Origin: Deltaproteobacteria bacterium
GTDB lineage: Bacteria > Desulfobacterota > GWC2-55-46 > JAJCZF01
DNA: 64,000 nucleotides
Direction of reading: 5' to 3'
Assembly (NCBI GenBank): GCA_029262535.1
Contig: JAJCZF010000074.1
Span: 8,395 to 72,394, forward strand
The notes below the pieces were generated by a model. The model was not told the DNA's origin and ran no database searches. It worked only from the letters and a program-made list of their open reading frames with translations. A program made the position numbers and the translations under genes. Below, piece after piece: positions 37,399 to 48,400 of this stretch. Every line of letters begins with the position of its first letter. Position 1 is the first letter of the stretch.

Positions 37399-37417
37399 CT
37401 GTTTATGATATAAACAG
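37399..37417. promoter_or_regulatory. Perfect 8-bp-arm inverted repeat CTGTTTAT-gat-ATAAACAG (candidate operator)
   Basis: Read directly. It lies in the AT-rich 163-nt gap, 78 nt upstream of the TPR/beta-barrel gene start. Confidence 0.35.
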
Positions 37418-37494
37418 TGCCGTATGAGTAGTAGTAGTTTCTTTTCTTTTTTCTGTTAATGATTCGAAAATATTATTGAAAACGGGATTATTTA

Positions 37495-39033
37495 ATGGCT
37501 AAAGTTTCAGACCGAAACCTTTTGGTTATACCGCTTCTTTTTTTCTTTCTATCTGCCTTTTACGCGCCGCCCATGGCGCGCGCCGGTAGTTCGGACGACG
37601 CGGACTTTCAGCGCGGCGTGACCGACTATCGAAGCGAGAACTTCGAGGAGGCCGCCGCTTCGTTTGAAAAGGCCCTCCGTAATGACCCGGCCTCGACCGT
37701 AACCTCTTACTGGTTAGGGCTCTCCTATAAGCAGATGCTCGATTACAAAAAGGCTCTTAAAAACTTTTCAAATGCCGTGGAAGGGCAGCCCGCCGTAAAG
37801 GAGGCCGTCTTCGAGCTTGCAGAGATGAACTATCATTTGAAGAAGTACGACGAGGCCCTTGGAAATATCCTTCTGGCGGAGAAGATCAATATAAGACCGG
37901 CGGAAGTGGCCTTTATGAAGGGGCTTGTCCTGTCGGAGAAGGGCAAGGCGACTGAGGCTGTTGCTTCTTTTGAAAAGGCCAAGGCGCTAGACAGCTCGAT
38001 GGCCCAGTCAGCGGATTACCAAATGGGCGTGGTGCTCGTAAAGCTAGGCAGGCTCAAGGAGGCCGACCAGGTTTTTAGGGGTCTTATAGTCGTCGACCCG
38101 AACTCCGATCTTGCTATCTTCGCCAAGCAATATGTTGATATGCTTGAAAGCAAGGCGATACGCGACAGGCCGTTAAAGCTAACGCTCTCGACCGGTTATG
38201 AGGCCGATAGCAATGTCATATTAAAACCATCCGACCAGAGCGCCGCCGGCGCCATTACCGGCGAGAGCGACGGGCGTTTTGTCGTTAACTTTACCGGTGA
38301 GTACGCGTTACCTGCAAAGGGCAAGTACAATGTCAAGGGGCAGTATTCATTATATCTAACAAATCATGGCACGCTCGATACCCACGATGTCGAGAGCCAT
38401 ACTTTTGCAATTATCCCTTCTCGCCAGGTGAAGAACGGTGTAGTGAATCTTCATCTCGGGTATAACCACACGCTCGTAAAACGCGAGCAGTATCTGCGCA
38501 CCATTACGCTGGCGCCGGGTTATACCTTCTCTCTAAAGCCGGGGCTGCTTGGTCAGTTAGGCGCCAGGTACCAGCATAAGGATTACAAAAAATCTCCGCT
38601 CATACCCGAAGAGGACCGCGACGCAAACGAGTATGCGTTAAACGGCGGTCTCATGTATCTCTTTATGGAGAATAAAGGGGTCTTAAGCTTTAGGTACGAA
38701 TATAATCGTGAAAATACCGATGGCGTAAACTGGAACTACGAGGGGCACAGGGCGACGGCCAGCCTTACGTTGCCGGTGCAAAAAATTCTGGACGAGAAGG
38801 CCCGTATTTCCGCCTCTACCGGTATATACAAACAGCGTTACGAAAAAAGATCGACCGTCTTTGGCATGAAGCGCGAGGACCTGAACTGGACTGCGTCTTT
38901 TTCAGCCTCTTACGATGTAAAGAAGAATGCCGAGTTACAGCTCCGCTACGCATATACGCGAGCCGATTCGAATGTAGCGGTATACGACTATAGAAAAAAT
39001 GTCACAGGCGCATATCTGATTTACAAGTATTAG
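37495..39033 (+). CDS. Outer-membrane protein: N-terminal TPR domain + C-terminal beta-barrel (Slam/DUF560-like, or PgaA/BcsC-like)
   Basis: Signal peptide ending PPMARA, ~180 aa of TPR-like helix pairs, then ~290 aa of alternating beta-strand pattern (LTLSTGYEADSNV...) ending in the aromatic terminal signal AYLIYKY. Confidence 0.65.
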   Translation: MAKVSDRNLLVIPLLFFFLSAFYAPPMARAGSSDDADFQRGVTDYRSENFEEAAASFEKALRNDPASTVTSYWLGLSYKQMLDYKKALKNFSNAVEGQPAVKEAVFELAEMNYHLKKYDEALGNILLAEKINIRPAEVAFMKGLVLSEKGKATEAVASFEKAKALDSSMAQSADYQMGVVLVKLGRLKEADQVFRGLIVVDPNSDLAIFAKQYVDMLESKAIRDRPLKLTLSTGYEADSNVILKPSDQSAAGAITGESDGRFVVNFTGEYALPAKGKYNVKGQYSLYLTNHGTLDTHDVESHTFAIIPSRQVKNGVVNLHLGYNHTLVKREQYLRTITLAPGYTFSLKPGLLGQLGARYQHKDYKKSPLIPEEDRDANEYALNGGLMYLFMENKGVLSFRYEYNRENTDGVNWNYEGHRATASLTLPVQKILDEKARISASTGIYKQRYEKRSTVFGMKREDLNWTASFSASYDVKKNAELQLRYAYTRADSNVAVYDYRKNVTGAYLIYKY

Positions 39034-39069
39034 CCGCACAGGCACACAGGTGTGCTTATATTTCGCGGA
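39034..39069 (+). repeat. Gene-end palindromic motif, copy 1 (ccGCACAGGCACACAGGTGTGCTTATATTTCGCGGA)
   Basis: It begins at the first base after the TAG of 37495..39033. The core is the near-palindromic GCACAC-AG-GTGTGC, followed by a T-rich tail and CGCGG. Confidence 0.7.
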
Positions 39070-39406
39070 GTAAATTTTAGGCGCTGATAGTTTCATTGTC
39101 CGCGCCCAAAGTATATAGAGCAATCTTAATTTAGAAGTATCAGCTTCGTCGAAAGACGAGCTTTGTAATAAAATAGTAATACCCCCCTTCTTAATAGCTA
39201 AATGGAGGGCGGGAGATATGAAAGGCGACAGGCGAAATGCCATTGTAATATGGCCGAGCCTTTCACGGACGCGCTTATTAAAGGTACTGCCTACCGGGGG
39301 GTAACGCGGTATCTTTCGTATTACTCCAGCGTCTGTTCTCACCCGTTTCTCTCCATTTGTCTACAAATAATATTTATAATCAAAATAACCTATATAGGGG
39401 TTTGCC

Positions 39407-39490
39407 ATGAAGTACGCCAAAAGACCTGTCTCCGCGATAGCGGTCCTTTTTCTCATCTTATTATCCGGTGTGTTTAGCGCGGCCTGGGCC
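39407..39490 (+). other. Sec/SPase-I signal peptide of the giant protein (aa 1-28)
   Basis: MKYAKRP + hydrophobic core AIAVLFLILLSGVF + SAAWA|D. No lipobox Cys. Confidence 0.7.
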
Positions 39491-42400
39491 GACATAGCCG
39501 GGACGCTCACGGCCCTTGAGGGCCGGGTGGATATTTTGAGGCCGGGCGAGGATAGGGCAACCCCCGCAAAGCTCTTCGACAAGGTAAGTGTCGGAGACAT
39601 TATTAGGACAAAGAGCAAATCCAAGGCCGAGATAACCTTTGTAGACGATTCGGTCATAAGGCTTGCGGCGGGTTCGCGCCTTGAGATTCAAGAGTATCTC
39701 TTTAGTGGCGGGGAGAGAAAGAGCGGCGTGGTTAAGCTCTTTAGAGGCAAGGCTCGTTCTATAATAAAGAGGCAAAAGGGAGAAAAGGTGGGCCGCTTCC
39801 AGGTCAAGACCCCGACCGCCGTCGCCGGAGTGCGCGGTACGGACTTCTTCGTATTTCATCAGCTGGGCCTTACCGGCGTAATGGTCGTAAACGGTATCGT
39901 AGACGTATTTAACCTCGATATACCCGACGTGGTCGTTACCCTGACCGCCGGAACCGCCACAACGGTCGAGGGTGACAAACCGCCGACCCCGCCGCGCGGA
40001 GCGAGCGAAGGCGAGGGCGGTAAACATGAAGACGAAACGACGCCTCTAGAGGACGACGGCGAGGGCGGTGATGGCGAGGGCGAGGGTAGTGCGGATGAAG
40101 GCGGCTCCGGCGAAGGCACAGACGCGACAAGGATTGCCGCAATCGCGCCAAGTGGTGTTGTGGACCCGGTAGATACCGGCACCCCTGAAACCCCGATAGA
40201 GCCGGTTATCGTAGAGCCGGACCTTATACCTTATGAAGGCGAGACCGGCGACACGACCGCGCCAACGGTAAATATCACGAGCGGCCCGACCCTGATAACT
40301 ACCACAACGACAGCGGGTTTTACCGTTACGACCAACGAAGACCCAACCACATTCAGTTATACACTCGACGGTGACGTCGTAGGTGGCCTTAATCTTGTCG
40401 GCCTGGCGCCCGGTGTGCATATCTTTAGGGCCGCCGGTGCGGATGAGGCCGGCAATATCGGCTATGACTCCTACACATGGTTCTCCGGCACGGCCGGTTC
40501 GACCTTTACAGGTAATTCCTACGGCACGGGCTCAACCTTCACAGGTACCGCTCTTGCGGGTGATGTCTATATGGGAACCTCCACAGACGGCTCATGGATG
40601 ATGGATATCGCTGGCGACTGGGTCGGCCCCTCCGGCGCGACATGGAATATCGACGCGGGAGGAGACGGCTTTGACGACACCGGCCTTATATGGGAGGGTT
40701 ATTGGGTAAATCAGATGGAGGGTACATACGGTTCCCCCGTATCTGGAGTTGCACCCATGTCCGGCCCGGCAGGGCTCTTATATATTACGGAAGATTATAT
40801 CGCCTCCGGCGCGGGCACGGCTACCGGCTCGGTAGATACCGGGGCCGGAACCTTCGCGCTCGGAGTGATGGGATTCGATACATATGCGGAGATACCTCTT
40901 CTCTTCGATGCTGGCATTGATGGTACATTTCTGCACAGTAGCGCGGGCAATATCGAAGGCGATCCGGCAAGCCCTGTAGTCGGCCTCATGGGCGGGGTCG
41001 ATCCGTTATGGACCGGAACGCCGGGGGTACTTTTCATTGGTCAGTATGAAAATCCGGGCGCGAGCCGTTATTTCTCGGCCCTTTTGGAGGGCGGCACCTC
41101 GGATGGAGGAGCGTTACTTGGTTATATAGGCGGCGTATCTCCGGACGCGGAGAATATCCGTGTTCTGGCCGGTCTGCTCTACGTAAAGGACGATGGCGAG
41201 GGCGGTAATACCGCAGGATACGCGCTCTCCGATAATATAGCCGGTATATTCTACCCAGAACTCGGTATGTGGGAGACTACCGGGACTTTTTCAACAGTTG
41301 ATACCGGTCCGACTACAGCGACACCCGGAGAGCTCTTTGACGGAAGCGTCTCTATAGATCAGAATAGCGGCAACAACCCGGTCGTTGGCGATATTACGGG
41401 AACGTTGGCCTTAGAGTCTTTTTCAATAGAAGATCAGGATTCGGGCATATTAGTCGGCGCGGGCGAGGGGTTATTCACGGCCACGCCGAGCGCGTCCTGG
41501 TCTGCCAGGACGGGCGGAACTGCCACGGACGGCCCGGATAGCTCTTACTACATAACCGAGATAACCGGCACGAGCTGGGCCGGTGACAATATGGGCGGCA
41601 CCTTCGCGGGTACGGCACTTAGCGCCGACAGCATCACCGACTTTTCTGGCGACATTCAGGGCGTATACGAGGTAACGGGCAGCGGCAACTGGCAGGCCGT
41701 GATGCTCGGCACGACCGAGAGTAGCCCGATTCTCTTCGGCGGCGACGTGGACGGGGAGTTCCTCGAGGCCCAGAGCCCGCTCGTAGGCAGCGGAACGCTT
41801 ACAGGTTTTATGGGTAGCGACCTTCCATTTAATCCAGGCGGCACGACCTCTTTACTAATGATGGGTGACTATACGAATCCATGCGCGGCCCGTATAGTGG
41901 CTGGAGACCTCTCCGGTACGACCGCCGACGGCGGCACTTACCTTGGTCTAATGTTAGGGCTTGCTCCGGGTGCGGCCGATACGACATTCGACGCTATTGC
42001 CGCGGGCCTCTATATAAATCCCGATGGCGTCGGCGGTTATACCGTTGGAACCTTCCTAAACGGCAGCCCGATAGATGGCTCCTTCTTCTCTGAGCTTGGC
42101 ATGTGGTCCGCTACGATGCCGCTTGGCACATTCGCAACCGACGAGGGTGTGACTACGACGGTGCCCGGTGACCTATACGACGGCAGCCCGGAGCTATTTT
42201 ATAATGCCGTGGACGGCAGGGTCGGGGGCGACATAAATGGCCATCTCGAACTGGACTCCCTAATGGTGGACGGCATGGCCGGTCCGGTACTAATCGGCGC
42301 GGGCGGCGGCTTCTTTGATACGACACCCGGCCCCGGCGCGTGGGCGGCTACGGCGGGCGGAAGCATAGACGCGGGCAACCCGTGTGCGCCGGTCGGTTTA

Positions 42401-45400
42401 TGGGTATCCAATATAAGCGGCTCTTCGTGGGCCGGAGACGAGTTTGCGGCAACCATTTCCGGGCATTCCATAGATCAGATAAATCATACGACCTTTACAG
42501 GCGATATCTTCGGTATCTACGAGATAACCGGTAGCGGCAACTGGCAGGCCGCCACGACCGGGCGAGCTATCTCTACCCCGCTGGCCTTTGTGAATGAGGT
42601 TGGGGCCGAGATATATTCGACAACACTTCTTCACGAAGGAGCCTATACATATTCCGACGGCGGCAAGTACGAATACTCCTTCCGCGAGGACGGCAGTTTT
42701 GGTTTTGGCAATAGAAGGTTGAACGACGCAAGTTACGTAAAGGACGAATACCAGGCCGGTGGCACGTATAGACATATTACCAGCCCGCCATATAACTCCA
42801 CGACCTCGACATGGGACCCGGCTCTATTCGATACGACAACGCTGGCCGTAGCGCCCGCGCCGCTCGACGCCGGTACGGTAACTTTCGCCTTCGATAATGT
42901 CACACCGGTCGGCTCTTCGAGCGGACTTCTTAACGGTTATATGGGCGGAGTCGATTCGCTCTGGGTCGGCACCGATATAGCGGTCGATTTCGTGGGAGAA
43001 TATGAGAATACCGGCTCAAGTATCTTTTACGACCCGAATATCATAAGCCACGATTATATCACCGGCGAGGGCTCGACATACGCGGGCGGCACCTACCGCG
43101 GAATATTTGCGGGTATCGACCTCGCTACCTCGCTTGACGGAAATTTTTTAGGGATATATATAGCGCCGAGCACAGAGGTCGGTTTCCTTCACGGCTCGCT
43201 CTCCGGCGCGGCAAACCCGGCGATAGGCATGGCAGATATGACCGGACTCTTAAACAGGACACCGGTCGCACCGTCGCCTAGTCCGATCAGCCTTGACTTC
43301 GCTACCAACTTTATCGAGGGTAACGATATCTGGACAACCGGCTTTGCCGGTACCTTCGACGGTGGCGGCGCGATTGCCATACCTATGTGGGAGGGCTGGG
43401 GCAATAGCATCAGTCTTGTAGACTTTACCGCGCAAAGAGATATAGGCTGGGGCATATACGGCCTCGAGCTCTTCGGCGGATACGATACGCCTACTCCGAC
43501 ATGGACGGCCATCACGGGTGGAGAGGCCGAGTTCGGCCTGCTTAAACATAACGTAAGGCGCTCCGCCACCTACGACTATACAGATGGCAGCTCTTATTCC
43601 TATCTCTTTGACAGCCATAACGAATATCGTTCAAGAGATACCGGCGAGTCTACATTTACCTACCCCGGCGGCGGCGATACGATAACGACTAGCTATTACT
43701 CAAACGGCACGACGAAGGTTGTCGATACGCTTGCCGGTACGACGACTTACGGCGCGTGGAGCCCGGCGGCTTTCGAGCAGTTCGACCTTGAAACCATACC
43801 GGTGGTCGCGGGTGAGACGTCAAGCCTCACGACGAGCGATGAAATAGACGCGCATGATAGGAACTACGGCTTCTGGCTGGCAAGTGTTTCTGACGGAACT
43901 CTTACGGAAGGCAGGCTCGACGGAACTCTTTCGGGCGGCCATTACATGACCTATAGCTCGCTAGGCACGCTCGACGGCACGCTTTTAGGTACCATCAACC
44001 CAACACTCGGCACATTTGATTCCGCCATTGTCGGTACGCGCGCCGACACAATACCGCTTACGCATATGACCGAATTCGGGGACGCTATATATAAGACACG
44101 CCGTCAGATAGAGACCGAAACGCGTTATACGAACGGTGAGTACTATACCAGCGAGCACGACCTGTCCAATATCGAAGGCGCTTATAGCTACCATAACGCG
44201 GCTGGCACGTCTAGCTCAATGACCTATAATAACGGCGGAGATACCTTTGGTTACGACTCGGCGACAGGCCTTCGTAGCTACGGCTTCTGGGACCCGACCT
44301 CCTTTGATTTATCTACACTGGCCACGCTTCCTGTTCCTCCGGCGGGCCATTCTATCCTTGCCGAGGGCTACGAGCCGTGGGATCTCGGATGGTATATCGG
44401 ATGGCAGTGGGGTTACATGGGCGGAACCGACACGCTCTGGTCCGGTGTGGATATACCGGGTAAGATCATGGGTGAGTTCGGCGACTCCATAACGCCATAC
44501 CCCGGCCAGAATATGAACGGGGTCTTTTATCACGAAACCCTATCATCCACTAACGAGCTGGTACGCTCCGGCGACCCTGCTGAGAATATGACATTCGACG
44601 GAGGCGCATATGTCGGAGACCTCGGCGGCATACGCATCGGTAGTTCGCTCGAAGGCGCCTTTATCGGCCTCTACGTGGACCCGGCCGGTAACGCCGGCGT
44701 GCTCACCGGAGACTTTCTCGGTACGCAGTTCACCGATATAAGCCTATTTGAGATGGACGGACTCTTTAACAGGCAGCAGATAGAGGCCGGCGCTTCGACC
44801 AACACACCGGCTTCGGCCTTGAACGGAAGTCTTATAGACGACTGGTCCTTTGCTTATGGCATTCAGGGCGACTTCGCCGGGTCGGGCTCGCTTTCCAGTG
44901 GAGCTTCCGGTAGTGGCTGGGGCAATATATATACATTTAACGACCGCGTCGGAGACGACGCGCTCGATTGGGGTACGATTAGCTTTATGGACTTCGGCCA
45001 CGCCTCCTCGCCAGGGCCCGACTGGGACGCGGTCTTCGCGGGTAGTGGGCGTTTCGGTATCTATAACGCCTATACGACCTACGAGGGCAGATTAAATTAC
45101 ACCGGCGGCGGCGAGTACAGTTATTCATACAGGCACGACGGCTCCGAGGCCGTGGTACATCTCATCCGCGCCGACGGCACGACACGCGACGTAACATACA
45201 ACCCGGACGGCACGCTGGGTGTAGTGGATACGCTTCTTGGCAACTCTTCGGGTTTTTGGACACCGGGTGACGACCTGTCATTTCTGGCCCTGCCCCTTGA
45301 GCTTCCCGGTGGAGAGACGGCCTACCCCGATCCGACCGACGGACCGAGCGCGTCGGATACTGGCACGGCTAATGAAGGTTACTACCTCTTAAGTGTAGCC

Positions 45401-48400
45401 GACGGCACGCTCGTCGGAGAACGCATGGCCGGGACATCGACGGGCCGTTATATATCGGAGAGGACGTTAGGTACGATAGACGGCGACCTGCTCGGAACCT
45501 ACGACCACGACGTAGATACCTTCGAGGTATTTAATTACGGTAGATGGCAAAAGACCGGTAACCTCTCGCATGTGGCAGATCTCCGGTCCGAAACGAATAC
45601 GATGGCCCACGAGCATGTCGGTTACTTTGACGATACCAGTTCCGTAAGCGGCTCTTATGAATATACCTATCACGAGGACAACAGCTTCGGTATGGCCAAG
45701 CTCACGCGGGCCGACGGCACATATACGCAGGTTACATATAGCCCGAACGGGCGTTTGGATGTCGTCGATACCGGCGGCGCGGGCAATACCAGTAATAGCT
45801 GGTGGGACAGGGGTACGATGGACCTGTCCACACTTGCCACCCCCCCGACCGTGGCGGGCATGACATTTGTAAACCTCAATACGATTGATGATTACTTGAT
45901 ATACCAGACGAGCGGTAGCTCGTTGGACGGGCTCATGGGCGAGATACCGTCGCTCTGGACCGGGCCGGGAGTCGGTATGCCAATTACCGCGCTCGGTCAG
46001 TACTCTGGTAATTACAACGGAGTATTCTACCAGGACTTTGTAGCGTCCAACGACTATACGCAGGGTAATAATGTCGTCGCCACATACGACGGCGGCGCCT
46101 ACGTCGGCCTCTTGGGCGGCGCGGACGTAAGCAGCCGTGGAGTTCTCGACGGCCTCTTTTACGCGATATATATGGACCCGGCGGGCGATAGCGGCATCCT
46201 CTCTTCTACCGATCTCGCCGGTACGAGCTACCGCGACGCCGCGGCCTTTGAGCTGGACGGCACCGTTACGAGAGAGCAGTTCGCTACCTCTGCCGAGGTT
46301 GGACTTACACCGGCCGACATGGGTTTCGCCGTTATGTACGGCAGTATGACCGGAACGCTTACGGCAGAGTTCGACGGTGGCGCTTCGCTTAACGTAACTC
46401 CGGGCTTCTCGGCCAGCGAGACACTAAGCATTGTAAATAACGCGACCCTCACCGGACAGGAGTGGGGCATCTACGGCATCTCTCTCTTCGGTACTATGGG
46501 CACTCAGACCACCACATGGTCCGGCATTGCGATGGGTCAGGGTGATTTCGGCAGGGTCCAGAGCGGCGCGGTAATGGTGGACGACCCCGGCTACTGGTAC
46601 GCCGACGTAACGAGCGGCACATTCGCAAGCGAGGCGATGAGCGCAGAGCTCCTCGGTATGTTCATTACAGACAACAAGGCCGGTATCATAGAGGGCCGGA
46701 TGCGCGGTTCATATAACGACGGCTTGGATACCTTCCAGCTGGCGAGCCTCGGTAAGTGGGAGGCCCTCGCGCCGACATTCTGGGGCGATATTACCGGCGG
46801 CCAGTTTTACGACCTTAACGGTGGGCTTGTCACACCGACCGCGCTTACGTCATTAACAGGAAGATACGCGGGCGGTTTCGTAACGCCGCACTTCGCGCTC
46901 AGCGAGGGCATACTCGCCGGTGACGCCGTTACAATAGGCAAAAAACTATTTACCGCTGACGTAACCGGCGCGTCCGATATAGGCGCGGTTATGGCGGGAC
47001 ATATGGTCGGCGTTGACGACGCCTTAACGGCATCGATTGCAACTATCTACATAGCCCCCGACGGCGGCGGCGGACAGACCGGCGGCTTATACCAGAGCCG
47101 CTCTATAAATGGAGAGTTCCAGCCGACCCAGATCTGGGCCGCCGGGGCCTCATTTAGCGAGACGGATAAGGGTCCGGTCGATGTCGCTGCGGCAAACCTT
47201 GCGACCTCGATATGGACGACCTCTTATATAGAACCCGGCATCGGCACCGTAACGGGCGGTTCGTTAGAAGGCGACTTCCTTGGTTCGGGCTCCATACTCG
47301 GAGATGTAAGGATAAGCACGAACTCCATATACAATAACGCCACGCATGTGACCGCTCCGTGGGGCACATTCGAGATGGCCATCGACAGCAAGGGCTTTTT
47401 GAATCCATTGGTTTCTAGCACTTGGAACGGTCAGGCTCGTGGCTGGAACGCCTTCGGCGCCTACTGGGACCCTGCCGCAAACGCGGGCGCGGGCGGCTTT
47501 ACGGACGACTTCGGCTTCTGGTCGGTCGATATGGTTAACGGCAATTGGAATGCGGACGGCACGCTTACCGCTGAGACGGCAAGCCTCTTTATGACACCCT
47601 ACAAGCTCGGGATAGTCACCGGCGATCTCTTCGGCGTACACGAGACGGGTGTCGCCGGAGAGCTTGGCGGACTCGGAGTTGGCACGTGGGAGAGCGACTG
47701 GCTCGCCTTTAGCGCTATCTTACAAAACGGCGCTACCGCATGGGCCGACGGACCTGTAAACGGCATCTTTGGTGATAACGGCGCGGGCGGCTTTGCCGAC
47801 ATCGACAACCTCTGGGTATTCGCCGGTTCGGCAATCGCCCCGTGGGACTGCCCGGCCACAAGCTGTGCGCCGCAGTCTACAACGGTAAACTACCTTGGCA
47901 TGCTCGGTTACGACCTGGCAGTTATCTCCCCCGGAACTTATATATGGGACTCGGAGCTTGAGATCAACGACTACGCGGAACCTGGAAGGACGACCACATA
48001 TGACGGCGGCTCCTTTTTGGGCTTTACCGGCGGGCTTCTCTCGGACGGCACGGTGGACGGACGCGTGGCAAGCATCTATATCGACCCCGAAGGCAACGTC
48101 GGTTACCTTACCGGTACGATAGACGGCGTTTACGACCCGGCGACACTCTACGCCCCGGGCGGCGGCGATTACTTTATGATGGACGCGAGCGGCCCTTGGA
48201 ATCCGACCCAGATGGTGAGCGCCGGCGCACTCGGCCTCGGCCCGGCCAACTTTTATAATAACGTAAGAACGAGCGCGGGCCTAACCGCGACGCTCAGCGG
48301 TGAATTCACCGGGCCAAGCGGTTCTATCGACGGAGCGGCCTACTCGCCGGGTGTTGGAGAGATTGCCGCGTGGACACGTTACATAGACGGCGAGCCGTGG

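Noticed and set aside
39181-39320. A c-di-GMP riboswitch (GEMM-I/II) upstream of the giant gene.
   Set aside because: A few short resemblances (ggacgc, ccggggggtaacgcgg) exist. I could not build the conserved P1/P2 helices or the tetraloop-receptor arrangement by eye. I keep it only as a cmsearch suggestion.
42600-45800. Classifying the giant protein as an Rhs/YD-repeat toxin.
   Set aside because: YD-like hairpins (Y-x-Y-x-x-DG, ..NG.L..VDT) occur only in the type D units. There is no Rhs core, no DPxGL-type cleavage motif, no C-terminal toxin tip and no immunity gene. I report the resemblance only as local.
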